A stretch of DNA of 64,000 bases from Candidatus Latescibacterota bacterium (GTDB lineage: Bacteria; Latescibacterota; UBA2968; GCA-2709665), in NCBI GenBank assembly GCA_965116875.1, contig OZ220733.1, positions 4,352,001 to 4,416,000 of the forward strand, written 5' to 3'. Below the pieces are notes generated by a model. It ran no database searches, was not told where the DNA came from, and worked only from the letters and a program-made list of their open reading frames with translations. This document shows positions 51,550 through 62,676 of the stretch, one piece after another. Numbering within the stretch: the first letter of the stretch is position 1; the number at the start of each line of letters is the position of its first letter. The translations under genes were made by a program, and so were the position numbers.

Positions 51550-51922
51550 CATGGGTGGACAGGATAAACAGGATGAAAGGCGATAGGCCTGACACACACG
51601 ACATTTGCCTGACGAAAGCGATGAATCTACAGATAAGGAATCACGGGACGTCATAAAGGCCTCACCGTTTCCATCGCTTGCCGAAACGTGGTCATTGAGC
51701 TTGTCGAAATGCCAGTGTTCCGCGATACGTTCGGCGCGTACATGGAGTTCTTCACCGACCCTTCGAAAAGCGAACCGGCCGCAGGCTCAGCGATCTGCAC
51801 CAAAATCGGGCGCGTTTCTGGCCGCGCGACCCGGCGACAGAATCCTGCCAACCTGCTTCAGAATTAGAAAGCCTGAGCCTGCAACGTCGCATGAAGCCAA
51901 TCATCCGCGAAGAAAGAAGACC

Positions 51923-52951
51923 ATGTCCGATAGCAATTCCGTACTCCTGGACGTGAAGAACCTCCGGAAGTACTTCCCCATCACCGAGGGGTTTCTCAAA
52001 CGCGTGGTGGGGCAGGTGAAGGCCGTTGACGGCGTCAGTTTCGCCGTGAAGAAACAGGAGACGCTGGGCCTGATCGGCGAGAGCGGGTGCGGAAAGACAA
52101 CGGTTGGCAGGAGCATTCTGCGGGCAATCGAACCCACGGACGGCGAGGTGCTCTTCGAGGACGAGGGAACGATGGTCGACGTCTGCCGGTTGTCACCCAG
52201 GGAGTTGAGGACGTTCCGCAGACATATGCAGATGGTGTTTCAGGATCCGTATTCGTCGCTGAATCCCAGGATGACGGTCTTCGACATCGTGGCCGAGCCG
52301 CTGGTTGTGAACCGGATCTCCCGTGGGGCCGAACTGGAGGACCGGGTCGCGGAACTGCTCAGGGTCGTCGGTCTGGATCCGCAGTTCATGCGCCGCTATC
52401 CTCATGCGTTCAGCGGCGGCCAGCGCCAGCGGATCGGCGTCGCCAGGGCCCTGGCGCTGAACCCCAGGCTGATCATCGGCGATGAACCCGTTTCGGCGCT
52501 GGACGTGTCGGTCCAGGCGCAGGTGTTGAACCTGCTCCAGGAACTGCAGGAGCGGATGGGGCTCACGTATCTGTTCATTTCCCACGATCTGGCGGTCGTG
52601 GAGCACATCAGCGACCGGGTCGCCATCATGTACGTGGGGCAGATCGTGGAACTGGCAGACGAGGAGACGTTGTTCGCCACACCGAAACATCCCTATACCG
52701 AAGCGCTGCTTTCGGCCGTCCCCAAGCCCGATCCGGCATACAGGAAACGGAAGATCCCGCTGCAGGGTGAGGTGGCCGATCCCGCCAATCCGCCGTCAGG
52801 GTGTTATTTCCACCCCCGCTGCCCGTACGTGGAGGACGTGTGCCGGGAGGAATCGCCGGAACTCGTCAACGTCGCACCGGCGGATGCAGACCCGCATTTC
52901 GTCCGCTGCCATTTCAGCGACACGCTGAGTCTGGTCGGCATCGAAGCATGA
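51923..52951 (+). CDS. ABC transporter ATP-binding protein (DppF/OppF family)
   Basis: [24 protein letters not shown]; start at MSDSNS. Confidence 0.95.
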   Translation: MSDSNSVLLDVKNLRKYFPITEGFLKRVVGQVKAVDGVSFAVKKQETLGLIGESGCGKTTVGRSILRAIEPTDGEVLFEDEGTMVDVCRLSPRELRTFRRHMQMVFQDPYSSLNPRMTVFDIVAEPLVVNRISRGAELEDRVAELLRVVGLDPQFMRRYPHAFSGGQRQRIGVARALALNPRLIIGDEPVSALDVSVQAQVLNLLQELQERMGLTYLFISHDLAVVEHISDRVAIMYVGQIVELADEETLFATPKHPYTEALLSAVPKPDPAYRKRKIPLQGEVADPANPPSGCYFHPRCPYVEDVCREESPELVNVAPADADPHFVRCHFSDTLSLVGIEA

Positions 52952-54879
52952 GAGTCTTCCACAACATACGGTGCCACAAAGTGGGCATCCTGGCGAATCC
53001 AGTCATCCTGCTCGCGTGGTTGTGTTCGCCGGTCGCACCTGACGTGCGGGCTTCCGGCGTTACGCTGAATGAAGCGCCGATGCTTCGTGAACGTGTTGCG
53101 GCAGGAGCGCTACCGCCATTGCGGGAGCGGTTGCCGGAGGCGCCGGCGGTGGTGCGGCCCGTGGAGCGGATCGGCCGGTACGGCGGGACCTGGCGTCGCG
53201 TGCACATGGGCATGCCGGACCGGGCCGGGTGGATGCGGCTGACCTACGATCCGCTTCTTCGCTGGTCCAGGGACTACGCGAGGGTGGAGCCCAATCTCGC
53301 CCACGCCTGGGAGGTTTCGGAAGACGGCCGGGAATTCACCTTCCATCTGCGAAAGGGGATTCGCTGGTCCGACGGGGCGCCGTTCACGGCTGACGACTAC
53401 ATGTTCTGGTACGAAGACGTGATCCTGAACGACGACCTGAATCCCGTCAAGCCGAGCTGGCTCTCGATTGCGGGTGAACTGGGCGTTGTCGAGCGCGTGG
53501 ACGACCATACCATCCGGTTTCGTTTCGTGAAGCCGAACGGCGTGATCCTGCAGTGGCTGGCCTCCTGGACGGACATCGTTGCCGGTCCGCCGCCGAAACA
53601 CTATCTCAAGCAGTTCCACCCCAGCTACGTTTCGAAGGAGAAACTGGACGCCGTCGTGGTCGCCGAGGGGTACGACACCTGGATGGCGTTGTACGATACC
53701 AAGAGCATTGCGTTTCTGAATCCGGACCGGCCGGTTCTGTGCGCATGGCAGGCGAGGACCGGAGCGGACGCGGCCATCTTCATCGCGGAACGCAACCCGT
53801 ATTACTGGAAAGTGGACCCGGCGGGCAACCAGCTTCCCTACATCGACCGGGTGGAAATGACGCTCGTACAGAGCGCGGAGACGGTCACGCTGAAGGCCAT
53901 CGCAGGCGAGATCGATATGCAGAGCCGGCGGGTCGAGTTCATGAATTACCCGCTGTTGATGGAGCATCGGGAGAGCGGCGGTTACCGCGTCCTTCGCTGG
54001 AAGCCGGCCACGACGGGGCAGGGCACCGTGTATCTGAATCAGAACTACACCCACCAGGACCCGGTAATGGGGGCACTGCTGAGGAATCGACGGTTCAGAA
54101 GGGCGCTGTCGCTCGGGATCGACAGGCGTCAGATCATCGACCTCTTCTACATGGGCGTCACCGAACCCAGGCAGGTGGTCCCGTATATTGATGAATTGCA
54201 TGGCGTACCCAGTACCGATACACTGTACGCCACGCATGATCCGGACCGGGCGAACCGTATTCTGGATGAGCTCGGGCTGGACAGGCGGGACGGCGCGGGA
54301 TACCGGCTGCGCCCCGACGGAAAGAGGCTGAAATTCACCATCGCGGGATTCACGCCGGGTACGGCATACGTGGACGTGGCGGAATTGCTGGCCGCACAGT
54401 GGACCGCGCTGGGCATCCAGTCCACCGTCAAACCCGAAGACGTGGCGCTGTGGGTGACGCGCGCCACGGCCGGCGAACACCACGTCTCCGTATACGCGGC
54501 GTCGGGCGGATTCCGACCGCTGATGGATCCCGTGTGGTTCTTCCCGTCGGCGTCAACGGCATACTGGGCGCCGCTCCACGGACTCTGGTACAGCAGCGGC
54601 GGCAGGGCGGGAGAAAAACCCACCGGGGAAATCGCCCGCATCGTGGAGATCTACGAGCAGGCAATGACCACGATGGACGAAGACGAGCAGGTGGCGCTCG
54701 TGAAGCAGGCCGTGCGGATGCACTCGGAAAACCTCTGGCGAATCGGCGTGTGCGGCGGGTTTGACCAGGTATTCGTGGTCAAGAACGACTTCCGCAACGT
54801 CCCCGAAACCGGTCTGGGCGATAACCCGCTGCTCACACCGGGCTACACCCATACCGAGCAGTATTTCTTCGATCGGTAG
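52948..54879 (+). CDS. ABC transporter substrate-binding protein, family 5
   Basis: ATGA overlap with upstream stop; [35 protein letters not shown]. Confidence 0.92.
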   Translation: MRVFHNIRCHKVGILANPVILLAWLCSPVAPDVRASGVTLNEAPMLRERVAAGALPPLRERLPEAPAVVRPVERIGRYGGTWRRVHMGMPDRAGWMRLTYDPLLRWSRDYARVEPNLAHAWEVSEDGREFTFHLRKGIRWSDGAPFTADDYMFWYEDVILNDDLNPVKPSWLSIAGELGVVERVDDHTIRFRFVKPNGVILQWLASWTDIVAGPPPKHYLKQFHPSYVSKEKLDAVVVAEGYDTWMALYDTKSIAFLNPDRPVLCAWQARTGADAAIFIAERNPYYWKVDPAGNQLPYIDRVEMTLVQSAETVTLKAIAGEIDMQSRRVEFMNYPLLMEHRESGGYRVLRWKPATTGQGTVYLNQNYTHQDPVMGALLRNRRFRRALSLGIDRRQIIDLFYMGVTEPRQVVPYIDELHGVPSTDTLYATHDPDRANRILDELGLDRRDGAGYRLRPDGKRLKFTIAGFTPGTAYVDVAELLAAQWTALGIQSTVKPEDVALWVTRATAGEHHVSVYAASGGFRPLMDPVWFFPSASTAYWAPLHGLWYSSGGRAGEKPTGEIARIVEIYEQAMTTMDEDEQVALVKQAVRMHSENLWRIGVCGGFDQVFVVKNDFRNVPETGLGDNPLLTPGYTHTEQYFFDR

Positions 54880-54930
54880 GCACGTCCGTCACGTCAGGAT
54901 TTGCGGGTTGGAACAGCGACAAACACAGAA

Positions 54931-54963
54931 ACGGGAAGTTGAGAATTGCTCCCAACTTCCCGT
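54931..54963 (-). terminator. Hairpin terminator between ABC operon and tRNA-Arg
   Basis: ACGGGAAGTTG...CAACTTCCCGT inverted repeat. Confidence 0.7.
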
Positions 54964-54970
54964 GATCATA

Positions 54971-55047
54971 TGGTGCGGATGCCAGGATTCGAACCCGGAA
55001 CCGCCTGGTCCGTAGCCAGGTGCTCTATCCAGTTGAGCCACATCCGC
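54971..55047 (-). tRNA. tRNA-Arg (ACG)
   Basis: GCGGATG acceptor stem, CCTGG-CT-ACG-GA-CCAGG arm, GTTCGAATC, encoded CCA. Confidence 0.95.
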
Positions 55048-55204
55048 ACCGATTCGATGGGCCGAAGCGCGTTTTTTCAGGATTGCGGCCAGATAAATTA
55101 ACCAAAACGCAGGGCGGTGTCAAGGAATCCGGCGGAAAGGGAAGAAATGCTCCGGGCGGGTCCGGAACCGAAACCGGGAGTAAAAACATACGCGGGAGGA
55201 TACC

Positions 55205-57289
55205 GTGAGTGAATCTGAAGCGCCAGTTTACGTGGCCGGGGAATTCTGGGGGCAGGTAAAACGCGGTGTTGCAGGTCTGGACCTGCCGGACGACGTGTCC
55301 GGCCCCGCGGACGAAGCGGCCGCATGGCGCGCGTGGCACGGCTATCTGGCCGGCAGGACGGAGCCCACGTGGCACTTCGACACGGAGCGGTTCGGCGATA
55401 CCATCCGTACGCACTGGCCGGCGCTGGCGCGCGTGTGGGTCGAGCAGTCGGATCTCCTGATCGACGGGAAGATGATCTACGGCGAAGGTACGGTGGATTA
55501 CGTACCGGGAGTCGGCCTGGACTGGAACGCGAATCCGGACAGGACGTCGAACTGGGGCGGGATACACTACATGTTCTTCGTCAGGTGGCCGATCCGGGCG
55601 GCGATGTTGACCGGCGAGGGGAAGTACGTCCGCGTGGTTGGGGACTGTTTGCGAAGCTACTTCGAACAGATGGACGATATCCGCGACGAAGCGCTTGTGA
55701 TGGGGCGGGGCGAGGAGGAGGGTGGATTCTACGCGGTGTGGAACACGCTTGCCGTGGGGCTGAAGCTGAAGGCGCTCGGCGAGGCGTTGTACGCGCTGCG
55801 CGCCCATCCGGACTGGACAGCGGAAGACTGCCGGGCCGTTTCCATCATGATCTGGCGCCTGGCGCGGCATCTGTACGGTCAGGTGGCCTCGCAGACCGCG
55901 GTGGAATGGCAGCAGCAACTGAACTTCATCTCGTCAGGCAGCGGGGGATTGGGCGGCGTGGGCGCGCTGCTGCCGGAGTGGGCGTCCGCGGAAGACTGGC
56001 TCGAAATCACGCGGCAGATCCAGGAAGTGCTGCTCCTGAACCAGGTGTATCCTGACGGATTTCAGAAGGAAATATGCACGCAGTACCATAAAACCGTTAT
56101 GCGTTCGTTCGCCACGCTGCAGACGATCCTTGCCCGCCGCGGGCTTCCGAGTTTCTACGATACGGAGCCGTTCCGGACGCGTTTTCTCGCGATGCACCGC
56201 TTCCTCGCCGAAATCGTCACGCCGGACGGGTTCACGCCGGCCATCAATTCGGCGGTGTACGCGCAGGACTGGCCGGCTTTTCTGGCCGCGGGAAACGCCT
56301 TCTTCAAGAATCCCGTCCTGCAGTGGCACATCAACCGAGGGTACCATCCGGATCTGGTGCCTGTCCAGAAAGGCGGCGTGGGGTGGGGCAATACGATACT
56401 GAACGACCTGTGCGTACCCAGGGCCGGCGGTGTGCCCGCTCATGCGCCCGCCCCGGACTCGCGCCTGTTTCCCGACTCCGGTGTGGCGGTACTTCGCGAC
56501 GGGTGGGACGGGGACGCGAACGTCCTGGTGCTGGACTTCGGACATCCCGAAGGCGGTCACGCCTACGGGGCGCAGGCTTCGTTTTCTGCCTGGGTGAAGG
56601 GTCGCCCGGCAGCACTCTCTCCCGGATCGCCGTTCGCATACAGCGACCCGGACTACATGCCCTGGTATTACAGCACGCAGGGGCAGAATACGGTCTGGAT
56701 CGACGGGGACGACCAGGAACCCTGGCGACAGGGTAACAAGCGGCGGATCTGGGGCCGGCTGATGGACTGGCGGGATACCGAAGAAGAGACCCGGTTACGC
56801 GTCTCGCACGAGGGATACCTGCGCTCGAAGGGCGTCCGGCACGAACGCACGGTCGTGTTGAAAAAGAGGAGGTATTTCCTGATATACGACCTGCTGGATG
56901 CCGCGGAGAGCGAGGCCATGCGCACGCTTCGCTGGTCGTTGCGCTGCCCGGACGAACTGCGGGAGGCAGACAATCGCGCGGTTGCCAGCGAAGGCGCTCC
57001 CGGCGTCAGGTTGGTGCCCGCGTGGGCGGAAACGATCCGAAGCGTGGAGTTGGGCTGGGGTCCGAGCATGGTCCCGCTGAGCTATCAGCCGGATATGTCG
57101 GCACAGAGGGCGCGGGTATGCCATGCGCGTTTCGTGCAGGAGGCATCCGCGGGCCAACAGGCGCGCTTTCTTGTTCTTATGGTTTCGGGGGACTGTCCGG
57201 ACGGTGCGGTCAAGGGCGAGGTGGTCGAGGGCGGGGTTGCGGCCGCCGTGACCGCATGGGGCGAAACGGAACGCGTTTTGTTGGAATAA
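55205..57289 (+). CDS. Heparinase II/III-family polysaccharide lyase-like protein
   Basis: QVYPDGFQKE...YH, FPDSGVAVLR, GGH, NTVWIDG, SHEGY...HERTV. Confidence 0.75.
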   Translation: MSESEAPVYVAGEFWGQVKRGVAGLDLPDDVSGPADEAAAWRAWHGYLAGRTEPTWHFDTERFGDTIRTHWPALARVWVEQSDLLIDGKMIYGEGTVDYVPGVGLDWNANPDRTSNWGGIHYMFFVRWPIRAAMLTGEGKYVRVVGDCLRSYFEQMDDIRDEALVMGRGEEEGGFYAVWNTLAVGLKLKALGEALYALRAHPDWTAEDCRAVSIMIWRLARHLYGQVASQTAVEWQQQLNFISSGSGGLGGVGALLPEWASAEDWLEITRQIQEVLLLNQVYPDGFQKEICTQYHKTVMRSFATLQTILARRGLPSFYDTEPFRTRFLAMHRFLAEIVTPDGFTPAINSAVYAQDWPAFLAAGNAFFKNPVLQWHINRGYHPDLVPVQKGGVGWGNTILNDLCVPRAGGVPAHAPAPDSRLFPDSGVAVLRDGWDGDANVLVLDFGHPEGGHAYGAQASFSAWVKGRPAALSPGSPFAYSDPDYMPWYYSTQGQNTVWIDGDDQEPWRQGNKRRIWGRLMDWRDTEEETRLRVSHEGYLRSKGVRHERTVVLKKRRYFLIYDLLDAAESEAMRTLRWSLRCPDELREADNRAVASEGAPGVRLVPAWAETIRSVELGWGPSMVPLSYQPDMSAQRARVCHARFVQEASAGQQARFLVLMVSGDCPDGAVKGEVVEGGVAAAVTAWGETERVLLE

Positions 57290-59002
57290 ATGACGGACCC
57301 AGGGGGCAAGGCCGTGGCAACGCAGTCGGAGCAATTCAAAGTTCGAGTCGAGCGCAACGTGGAAACAAGGATGCGGGACGGCGTGGTGCTTCGCGCCGAC
57401 GTGGCCCGTCCGGCCGCACCGGGGAAGTTCCCGGCGCTCGTCCAGCGTACGCCGTACGGTAAGGCGGCGAACGCGCAACTGGCGGAGGCGGGGTACGTTG
57501 TCATTTCCCAGGACATGCGCGGCCGTTACGCTTCCGAGGGCGATTTCACACCCAAATTCATGCCCGGGTACCGGGATGCCGAGGACGGCTTCGATACCGT
57601 CGAGTGGGCGGCCTGCCTGCCGTACGTGAATGGAATGGTCGGGGTGTACGGGATCTCCTATCCATCCTGGGCGTCGTGGGAACTCGCGTCCGTCCGGCCG
57701 CCGCACCTGGTCGCCATGTTCAACGGCGGGTACGCCACGCGGCTGACGGACTGGGAACTGGGCGGCGTGCTGCGAACCGGACGCGTGCAGCAGTGGCTTT
57801 TCCGGACCCTGGGTCCGGACCTGCGGCGGCGCAAGGGTCTGCCTCCGCCGCACACGCCGGCCGAGGCGGGGGAATCGGCCGGCAAGGACAGAGAAAAGCC
57901 CCTGTGGTTCGTGCCCCTGAAGGACATGCCGGAGGAATACGCCGGCGGCTGCCGGGAGATCTGGCACTACTGGCTGGACCACCATCACAAGGATATTTTC
58001 GATTTTCAGAAGCGCCATGGTGACGTGGACGTGCCGGTCATGCACGTCACGGGTTGGCACGACAGGCTGGTCCTGACGGTCGATCATTTCGCGGGCATGC
58101 GCAGGAACGGCCGCACGCCGGCCGCCCGAAAGGCGCAGCGGCTGGTTGTCGGGCCCTGGTCCCATGGATCGCAGGGGCCCCGGCAGGTCGGCGAAATGGA
58201 CTTCGGGAAATCGGCGGCGGTCGACTTCAACGCACTGATGGTCCGCTGGTTCGATTACTGGCTGAAAGGCAAGCCCAACGGAATGATGCGCACGGCGCCC
58301 GTCCGGTATTTCGTGATGGGAGAGAACCGTTGGCGCACCGCGCCGGCGTGGCCGGTGCCCGGTGCGAAGCCCGTGTCGTTCCACATGGTCTCCGGCGGTG
58401 ACGCAAACGGCGTATCGGGCGGAGGGCGGCTGGTCAGGAGCCGTCCCCGGGACGCGGGTTGCGACCGGTACGATTACGACCCCCGCGACCCGGTGATGTC
58501 GCTGTTCTACGAGAGCTGCCAGGATGCCCCGTACGATCAGAGCCGGCTGGACGGCCGGAAGGACGTGCTTGTCTACCGGACGCGTCCCCTGCGGGCGGGG
58601 CTGCGCGTGGTCGGCAGACCGGAAGTGGTGCTGCACGCGGCTTCCAGCGCCAGAGACACGGACTTTATCGTCAAGTTGATGGACGTCCATCCGGACGGAT
58701 TCGCGCATCAGGTGAGCTACGGAATCGTGCGGGCCAGATTCCGGAACGGGTTCGATTGTCCCCGGACTCTGACGCCCGGGCAAATCTGTCAATACCGGAT
58801 CCGGATGCTCCCCACGGCCGTTCTCTTCCTGCCCGGCCACCGCATCCGGTTGGACGTGACGAGTTCGGACTTTCCGAATTTCGACCGGAATCACAACACC
58901 GGCGGAGACGACTACGGCGAAGCCGACTTCGCGGTCGCCCGCCAGGAAGTCTTCCACGGCGCCGGTCACCCTTCTCGTGTGGTTCTTCCCGTTGCCGGTT
59001 GA
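57290..59002 (+). CDS. CocE/NonD family serine hydrolase
   Basis: MRDGVVL, RTPYGK, QDMRGRYASEG, GISYPS elbow, GPWSH. Confidence 0.92.
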   Translation: MTDPGGKAVATQSEQFKVRVERNVETRMRDGVVLRADVARPAAPGKFPALVQRTPYGKAANAQLAEAGYVVISQDMRGRYASEGDFTPKFMPGYRDAEDGFDTVEWAACLPYVNGMVGVYGISYPSWASWELASVRPPHLVAMFNGGYATRLTDWELGGVLRTGRVQQWLFRTLGPDLRRRKGLPPPHTPAEAGESAGKDREKPLWFVPLKDMPEEYAGGCREIWHYWLDHHHKDIFDFQKRHGDVDVPVMHVTGWHDRLVLTVDHFAGMRRNGRTPAARKAQRLVVGPWSHGSQGPRQVGEMDFGKSAAVDFNALMVRWFDYWLKGKPNGMMRTAPVRYFVMGENRWRTAPAWPVPGAKPVSFHMVSGGDANGVSGGGRLVRSRPRDAGCDRYDYDPRDPVMSLFYESCQDAPYDQSRLDGRKDVLVYRTRPLRAGLRVVGRPEVVLHAASSARDTDFIVKLMDVHPDGFAHQVSYGIVRARFRNGFDCPRTLTPGQICQYRIRMLPTAVLFLPGHRIRLDVTSSDFPNFDRNHNTGGDDYGEADFAVARQEVFHGAGHPSRVVLPVAG

Positions 59003-59134
59003 CGGGTCATGGGCTTGACACATACCGGCCGCCGCCGTATTTTGCGTTCTCGGGAGACCGGGCGCCGTCCCGTCTTGCGGCGTCGGGCTCGATCGTCCGC
59101 GGGGTTTCCCGCGAATTGAATCGGTGAGGAAGCT

Positions 59135-60391
59135 ATGGACGAACTTTCAACCAACCGGCCGATGACGGCGCGCAGGGAAATGGTGCTGCGGGTGGGGCAG
59201 GGCGAGGGCGACCTGCAGGGGACCGACGACAAGGCGCTTCAGGCCGGCGCGGACTATCTGAGGCGGATTGGCGGCGGGATTCTGCGGATTTTGCCCGGGG
59301 TGTACACCATGCGCAACGCGCTCTATCTGCATCCGAATCTGACGGTTCGGGGAGAGGGTGAAGCCACGGTGCTGAAAAAGGCGCCGGGATTCAAAACGGA
59401 TCTGGTGCGGGACTCGGACTGGTACGAGGCGCGCGTGGCCGTCCGGGACCCGGAAGGGTTCGGTGCGGGGTGCGGCGTGATGCTGCGGGCGTTTCGCGGC
59501 GGAGACGGGCGGATGGAGGTCGTGAAAGACACCGTTACGGCGGTGGAGGGCAACCTGGTTTCGCTGAGCAGGCGGATCTACAAGAACATGTGGCTGGAAG
59601 AACGCGCGACGCTGGCAACGGTTTTTCCAATCCTGACGGCGGAGGAAGGCGTGCACGACGTCCGGGTTGAGGACCTGGTGCTCGACGGCAACCGCGATGA
59701 AAACGAGGAGATAAACGGGAACTATTCCGGAGCGGTGTTCCTGCAGCGCTGTCACAGGTACCGGTTCACGAACGTAACCGCACGGAACTACAACGGGGAC
59801 GGATTCAGCTTTCAGATCTGCGACGACTTCGTCTTTGAGAGCTGCGTGTCGCAGCAGAATGCCAATCTGGGTTTTCATCCGGGCAGCGGGTCGCAGCGGC
59901 CGGTGTTCCGGGACTGCCGATCCACCGGCAACAGCCAGGGCATCTTCTTCTGCTGGGGGGTATCGGACGGGCTTGCTGAGCGTTGCATCTGCTCGGACAA
60001 TCTCGACTTCGGCATTTCCATCGGGCACAGAGATACGGACAACCGGATCCGGGACTGCAGCATCGAGCGCAACCACAAGGTGGGCGTGCTTTTTCGGGAG
60101 CCCCAGTCGGAATTCAGAGGCGCCCATCGAAACGTCCTGGACTCCTGCCGCATCCGGGACAACGGATTTGCGGCCGAAGGTACGGGCGTGGACGTTCTCG
60201 GGGAGACGCATCAGGTCGAGATACGCAACTGCCGGATCGAAGACAGCGGCGACGGCAGGCAGAAAACCGGTATACGCATCGGCGGGCGGGCGAAGGAGAT
60301 TGTGGTCGACGGGAATCAGTTCCGGAACATGGAGGAAAACGTGAGGATGGAAGGCGTCCGGGAGGCAGCGCTGACCGGAGCCGCTCCCTGA
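59135..60391 (+). CDS. Right-handed parallel beta-helix (pectate-lyase-like) protein
   Basis: DDKALQAG, PGVY, repeated N...G(F/I) beta-helix turns. Confidence 0.75.
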   Translation: MDELSTNRPMTARREMVLRVGQGEGDLQGTDDKALQAGADYLRRIGGGILRILPGVYTMRNALYLHPNLTVRGEGEATVLKKAPGFKTDLVRDSDWYEARVAVRDPEGFGAGCGVMLRAFRGGDGRMEVVKDTVTAVEGNLVSLSRRIYKNMWLEERATLATVFPILTAEEGVHDVRVEDLVLDGNRDENEEINGNYSGAVFLQRCHRYRFTNVTARNYNGDGFSFQICDDFVFESCVSQQNANLGFHPGSGSQRPVFRDCRSTGNSQGIFFCWGVSDGLAERCICSDNLDFGISIGHRDTDNRIRDCSIERNHKVGVLFREPQSEFRGAHRNVLDSCRIRDNGFAAEGTGVDVLGETHQVEIRNCRIEDSGDGRQKTGIRIGGRAKEIVVDGNQFRNMEENVRMEGVREAALTGAAP

Positions 60392-60404
60392 GCATGTCGA
60401 AGGG
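60386..60404 (+). repeat. Single CCCTGAGCATGTCGAAGGG hairpin unit containing the upstream gene's stop codon
   Basis: TGA at 60389-60391 lies inside the unit. Confidence 0.75.
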
Positions 60405-60429
60405 TCGGCGCAGGAACAAGGAGGAAGCC

Positions 60430-60663
60430 ATGGCGCTACCGTTGAGTGAAGCCGAAATGAAAGAAAAGGCGATCCGGTACCTGAAAACGCAATACGGCGA
60501 GGATACGGTTCGGATGGATATCCGCAACAATGGCGTGGAAGACGGCAGCGGCGTGCTGCACGTGGACTGCACCGTCAGCGTGGGCGGATCGCATTCGGAC
60601 TGGACCAAGTGGTTCACGTTCAGGCAGGGCGACGTGGTGAGCATGCGCTGGCAGATGCGGTAG
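60430..60663 (+). CDS. Small hypothetical protein
   Basis: AAGGAGG RBS then MALPLSEAEMKEKAIRYLK; fills the operon gap. Confidence 0.7.
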   Translation: MALPLSEAEMKEKAIRYLKTQYGEDTVRMDIRNNGVEDGSGVLHVDCTVSVGGSHSDWTKWFTFRQGDVVSMRWQMR

Positions 60664-60714
60664 GGTGCAGTCCCGGCGCGGCGTTCGTCGCCGGGGCTCA
60701 GTCCCGGAAGTGCG

Positions 60715-61584
60715 ATGATGCCCGATGGAGACACACCGCCCATGCCATTACAGAATCGCAGCGTTCGCATCGGCTTGCTGAAAGCGTTGCCCGCCAAATG
60801 GGACGTTGAAGCAAACTGGGACGTGTTCGAGGAGCAGTTCACGCGGCATCGCGACAGCGGACTGGACGTGTTCGTCACGCCGGAGTGTTTCCTCGACGGA
60901 TACGCCGTGACAGAGGCCGACTGGAATGTCCCGAGGTTCCGGAGCGTTGCGCAGACCGTGGGGGAGAGTTCATTCATCCAACGCGTTCTGGATCTCGCCG
61001 GGGCGTCAGACACGCACATCGTGTTCGGTTTTACGGAATTGAAGAACGGCCGTTTCTACAACGCGGCGTTGCTTGCCGGCCGCAACGGCGAGATTGTGGG
61101 CACGTATTACAAGACCCATCTGCAGAACCACGACCGCCGGTTCGCCGCAGGGCCGGACCTACCCGTGTTCGAACTGGAATTCGGCGCCGCGGGCGTCGCG
61201 ATCTGCGCCGATCGCCGATGGCCGGAATCCATCCGTGTACTGCGGTTGAAGGGCGCCGAGGTCTGTCTTCTTCCAACCTACGGAATGTGGCACCTGGACA
61301 ACGAATGGTGGATGCGCACCCGGTCTTACGAAAACCAGATGTACGTCTGCTTCGCCCATCCCAACGTGGCGCTGATCACAGGTCCGGGGGGTCAGCTGGA
61401 CGCGAAGCTTCAGTCAAACGTGCCCGATGTGCTGGTGCACGACATCGATCTCGCGACGGTTACCGACGGAAACCATCTGGCCGACCGGAGGCCTGAATTG
61501 TACGGAATCCTCTCAGACGAGACGCATCCGTCCCGACAGGATCCCTTCAATCCGCCGACCGTCGACGGCGACGGGAGGAACTGA
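60715..61584 (+). CDS. Carbon-nitrogen hydrolase (nitrilase superfamily)
   Basis: Triad motifs TPECF, YYKTHL, AICAD. Confidence 0.9.
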   Translation: MMPDGDTPPMPLQNRSVRIGLLKALPAKWDVEANWDVFEEQFTRHRDSGLDVFVTPECFLDGYAVTEADWNVPRFRSVAQTVGESSFIQRVLDLAGASDTHIVFGFTELKNGRFYNAALLAGRNGEIVGTYYKTHLQNHDRRFAAGPDLPVFELEFGAAGVAICADRRWPESIRVLRLKGAEVCLLPTYGMWHLDNEWWMRTRSYENQMYVCFAHPNVALITGPGGQLDAKLQSNVPDVLVHDIDLATVTDGNHLADRRPELYGILSDETHPSRQDPFNPPTVDGDGRN

Positions 61585-61585
61585 C

Positions 61586-62605
61586 GTGACGGAACGCACA
61601 CTCGGAGCGGCCATTATCGGTTGCGGAAACATGGGGCGTACCCACGCGCGCCTGCTGGCCGCGTTCGAGGACGTAACCCTGCGAATGCTGGTCGATTCCA
61701 GTCCGGAAGCCGCCGGGGCCCTGAACGCGGAAGTCGGCCCGGCCATCGTCAGCACGGATTACGAGCGGGCGCTGCGGGACGATGCCGTCGACGTGGTGTT
61801 CATCTGCACGCACCACCATCTCCACGCGCCCATGTGCGTGGCGGCGGCCCAATCCGGCAAGGATATCTTCTGTGAGAAGCCGCTGGCGATATGCGCCGAG
61901 GATTGCGCCGCGATCGAGAAGGCGGTTCGTGCGGCCGGCGTCAGGTTCATGACGGGTTTTCAGGCGCGGTTCTCCCCGTTCTTCCTGAAATTGAAGGAGG
62001 TTGCGCCCCGTCCCTGGTTGACGATCGGCCAGTATTTCGATCCCAGGTGGGGAGAGCAGAGCTGGGCGAACGACCCGGTTGCCGGCGGCGGCAACGTGCT
62101 GAGCCAGGGATGTCACTGCTTCGACGCCGTCCGCTTCCTGAGTGGGTCCGAGGTAGTCTCGATTTACGCGGCAGGCGGGAACTACCACCATCCCACGCTG
62201 CCCATCACCGACGCGGTTGCGTGTACGCTCAGGTTTGCGGACGGGGCCGTCGCCAACGTCGCGATTGGGGACGTGGGCAAGCCGGCGTTGATGGGAAAAG
62301 CGGCCTATCAGGTCTTCGCAGGCGAAACAACGGCCAGCCTCTTCAATTACCACTGGAACCCCGAGATTCGACTGTGGGGCGCCGAGCCAGGCCGGCTGAC
62401 CGTCGACGACATGCCCGGATGTGACGATACGGACTTCGCACACGGCTATGTACAGCAGTTGCGGGCGGTCGTGGACTGGTCGCTGAATGGGTTAGAGCCG
62501 GTGAATGCGGCGAAACTGGACGACGGCGTCCGGGCGACCACGCTCGCGCTGCGGGCTGTCGAAGCGATCCGCACCGGAGAAGTGCAGGAATTGAGCTGGC
62601 GATAG
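61586..62605 (+). CDS. Gfo/Idh/MocA oxidoreductase
   Basis: IIGCGNMG, CEKPLA, QGCHCFD; GTG start after GGAGG. Confidence 0.9.
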   Translation: MTERTLGAAIIGCGNMGRTHARLLAAFEDVTLRMLVDSSPEAAGALNAEVGPAIVSTDYERALRDDAVDVVFICTHHHLHAPMCVAAAQSGKDIFCEKPLAICAEDCAAIEKAVRAAGVRFMTGFQARFSPFFLKLKEVAPRPWLTIGQYFDPRWGEQSWANDPVAGGGNVLSQGCHCFDAVRFLSGSEVVSIYAAGGNYHHPTLPITDAVACTLRFADGAVANVAIGDVGKPALMGKAAYQVFAGETTASLFNYHWNPEIRLWGAEPGRLTVDDMPGCDDTDFAHGYVQQLRAVVDWSLNGLEPVNAAKLDDGVRATTLALRAVEAIRTGEVQELSWR

Positions 62606-62676
62606 GGGGCGGCCGGTGTCTGAGAGCATGCCGGATGTCGGTCTGTGTCGCCATTGAACAAGAAAGGAACACCGGA

